From positions 1 to 7,224 of the IMG/VR virus record IMGVR_UViG_3300000059_000071: a stretch of 7,224 bases of DNA. One strand, given 5' to 3'. Position 1 is the first letter of the stretch. Each line of letters opens with the position of its first letter. The position numbers and the translations under genes were made by a program. Source of the stretch: a virus. Its lineage: Duplodnaviria; Heunggongvirae; Uroviricota; Caudoviricetes. The notes below the pieces were generated by a model. It worked only from the letters and a program-made list of their open reading frames with translations, was not told where the DNA came from and made no database searches. Below are positions 6,037 through 7,224 of this stretch, in pieces.

Positions 6037-7032
6037 GTGACCGTGAGAGCACTACTGACCCCTGAAATTGCCCCGCGTATGGGGATCGTATTGTTCAGAC
6101 CAGGTTCAGAGCTGATGCCCCTGTTTATGCAGGGGCGTGTCCTGCTGGAGCCTGAGCCGGAACGTTATTCATCTTTCGCCAGCGGTGCCGTTCCGGCGGC
6201 ATCACAACCGCTGGCGGATGATCCTGCCGTTCGGGCCGTGTTCCGCAATGAGGCAGTGATCCGTCGTGCTGGTGGCGTGGAATGTCTTGAAAGCTGGTTA
6301 CTTCGTGAAAAAGGCTGCCAGTGGCCTCATTCCGACTGGCACAGCGAGAACATGACCACAATGCGACACGCTCCGGGCGCAATCCGTCTGTGCTGGCACT
6401 GCGATAACCAGCTGCGCGATCAGTTCACGGAACGGCTGGAATCAATGGCAACGGATAACTGTGCCCGCTGGGTGTTGTCTGTTGTGCGTCGGGATCTCGG
6501 TTTTGATGACAGTCACGTTGTGACAATGCCGGAACTGTGCTGGTGGCTGGTTCGTAATGACCTGGCGGATGCCTTACCGGAAAGTGCAGCCCGTAAGGCA
6601 CTGAGATTACCGAAGCCTGTTGTGCCGTCTGTCACCCGGGAAAGTGACCTTGTGCCTTCGGTTCCTGCCACCAGCATCATCCAGGATAAAGCGAAAAAGG
6701 TGCTGGCGCTGAAAGTGGATCCGGAGTCGCCGGAGTCTTTTATGTTACGCCCAAAACGTCGCCGCTGGGTTAATGAAAAGTACACGCGCTGGGTTAAGAC
6801 GCAGCCGTGTGCATGTTGTGGAAAGCCTGCTGATGATCCCCACCANCTGATAGGCCACGGTCAGGGNGGAATGGGTACAAAAGCGCATGANCTCTTTGTG
6901 TTGCCTTTGTGCAGAAAGCATCACGACGAGCTGCATGCGGATACCNTGGCATTTGAAGAGAAGTATGGCTCCCAGCTGGAGNTGATATTTCGTTTTATCG
7001 ATCGTGCGCTGGCAATNGGCGTGCTGGCCTGA
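6037..7032 (+). CDS. DUF968-like prophage protein with C-terminal Cys/His (HNH-like) motif; start codon uncertain (GTG 6037, GTG 6043 or ATG 6079)
   Basis: 331-aa ORF directly upstream of Q, the position of DUF968 proteins in lambdoid prophages as recalled. Cys/His motifs CWHCDNQ and CACCGKP...CRKHHDELH. Six N bases inside the ORF (6846, 6868, 6891, 6946, 6972, 7018). Confidence 0.65.
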   Translation: MTVRALLTPEIAPRMGIVLFRPGSELMPLFMQGRVLLEPEPERYSSFASGAVPAASQPLADDPAVRAVFRNEAVIRRAGGVECLESWLLREKGCQWPHSDWHSENMTTMRHAPGAIRLCWHCDNQLRDQFTERLESMATDNCARWVLSVVRRDLGFDDSHVVTMPELCWWLVRNDLADALPESAARKALRLPKPVVPSVTRESDLVPSVPATSIIQDKAKKVLALKVDPESPESFMLRPKRRRWVNEKYTRWVKTQPCACCGKPADDPHXLIGHGQXGMGTKAHXLFVLPLCRKHHDELHADTXAFEEKYGSQLEXIFRFIDRALAXGVLA

Positions 7033-7048
7033 TTTTGTGGAGAAAGTT

Positions 7049-7224
7049 GATGCGTGATATTCAAATGGTTCTTGAACGTTGGGGGGCATGGGTGGCAAAT
7101 AATCACGAGGATGTGGAATGGTCATCTGTTGCTGCAGGTTTTAAGGGATTAATTCCTTCGAAAGTAAAATCCCGCCCGCAATGTAGCGATGACGATGGCC
7201 TGATCATTAGCTCTGCGATGACAG
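7049..7224 (+). CDS. Late antiterminator Q, N-terminal fragment (gene runs off the window end)
   Basis: ATG 7049 with SD GGAG 6 nt upstream. Translation [53 protein letters not shown] matches the recalled N-terminus of Q-family antiterminators. Follows the nin-like genes as expected. Confidence 0.75.

Noticed and set aside
6745-7125. 126-aa minus-strand ORF spanning the DUF968-like/Q junction
   Set aside because: Contains several N-derived unknown residues, is antisense to two supported genes, and has no start context.

Overview
This window reads as the immunity, replication and nin-like early region of a lambdoid prophage from an enterobacterium (E. coli-like composition), running from the left operator region to the start of the Q antiterminator gene. 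All calls are from reading the sequence and recalled family knowledge; no searches were run. Layout: a leftward CI-type repressor gene (479-1171) with a hairpin terminator downstream, a 97-bp divergent operator/promoter region, then a tightly packed rightward operon: Cro-like, CII/YdaT-like, a small hypothetical ORF with a probable frameshift, an O-like replication initiator with an internal iteron origin, a PerC/Pch-like regulator, a Dam-family adenine methyltransferase, a LexA DNA-binding-domain-only protein, RusA, a KilA-N protein, a DUF968-like Cys/His protein and the 5' end of Q. The two most interesting points are a near-consensus LexA (SOS) box inside the repressor coding sequence (943-962) and a phage-encoded LexA paralogue that keeps the recognition helix but lacks the autocleavage domain (4506-4832); together they suggest a phage-encoded SOS-mimic circuit, which is a hypothesis only. 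The first ~385 bp have no convincing gene. Eight N bases (3149, 3182, 6846-7018) mark this as draft-quality or collapsed consensus sequence.
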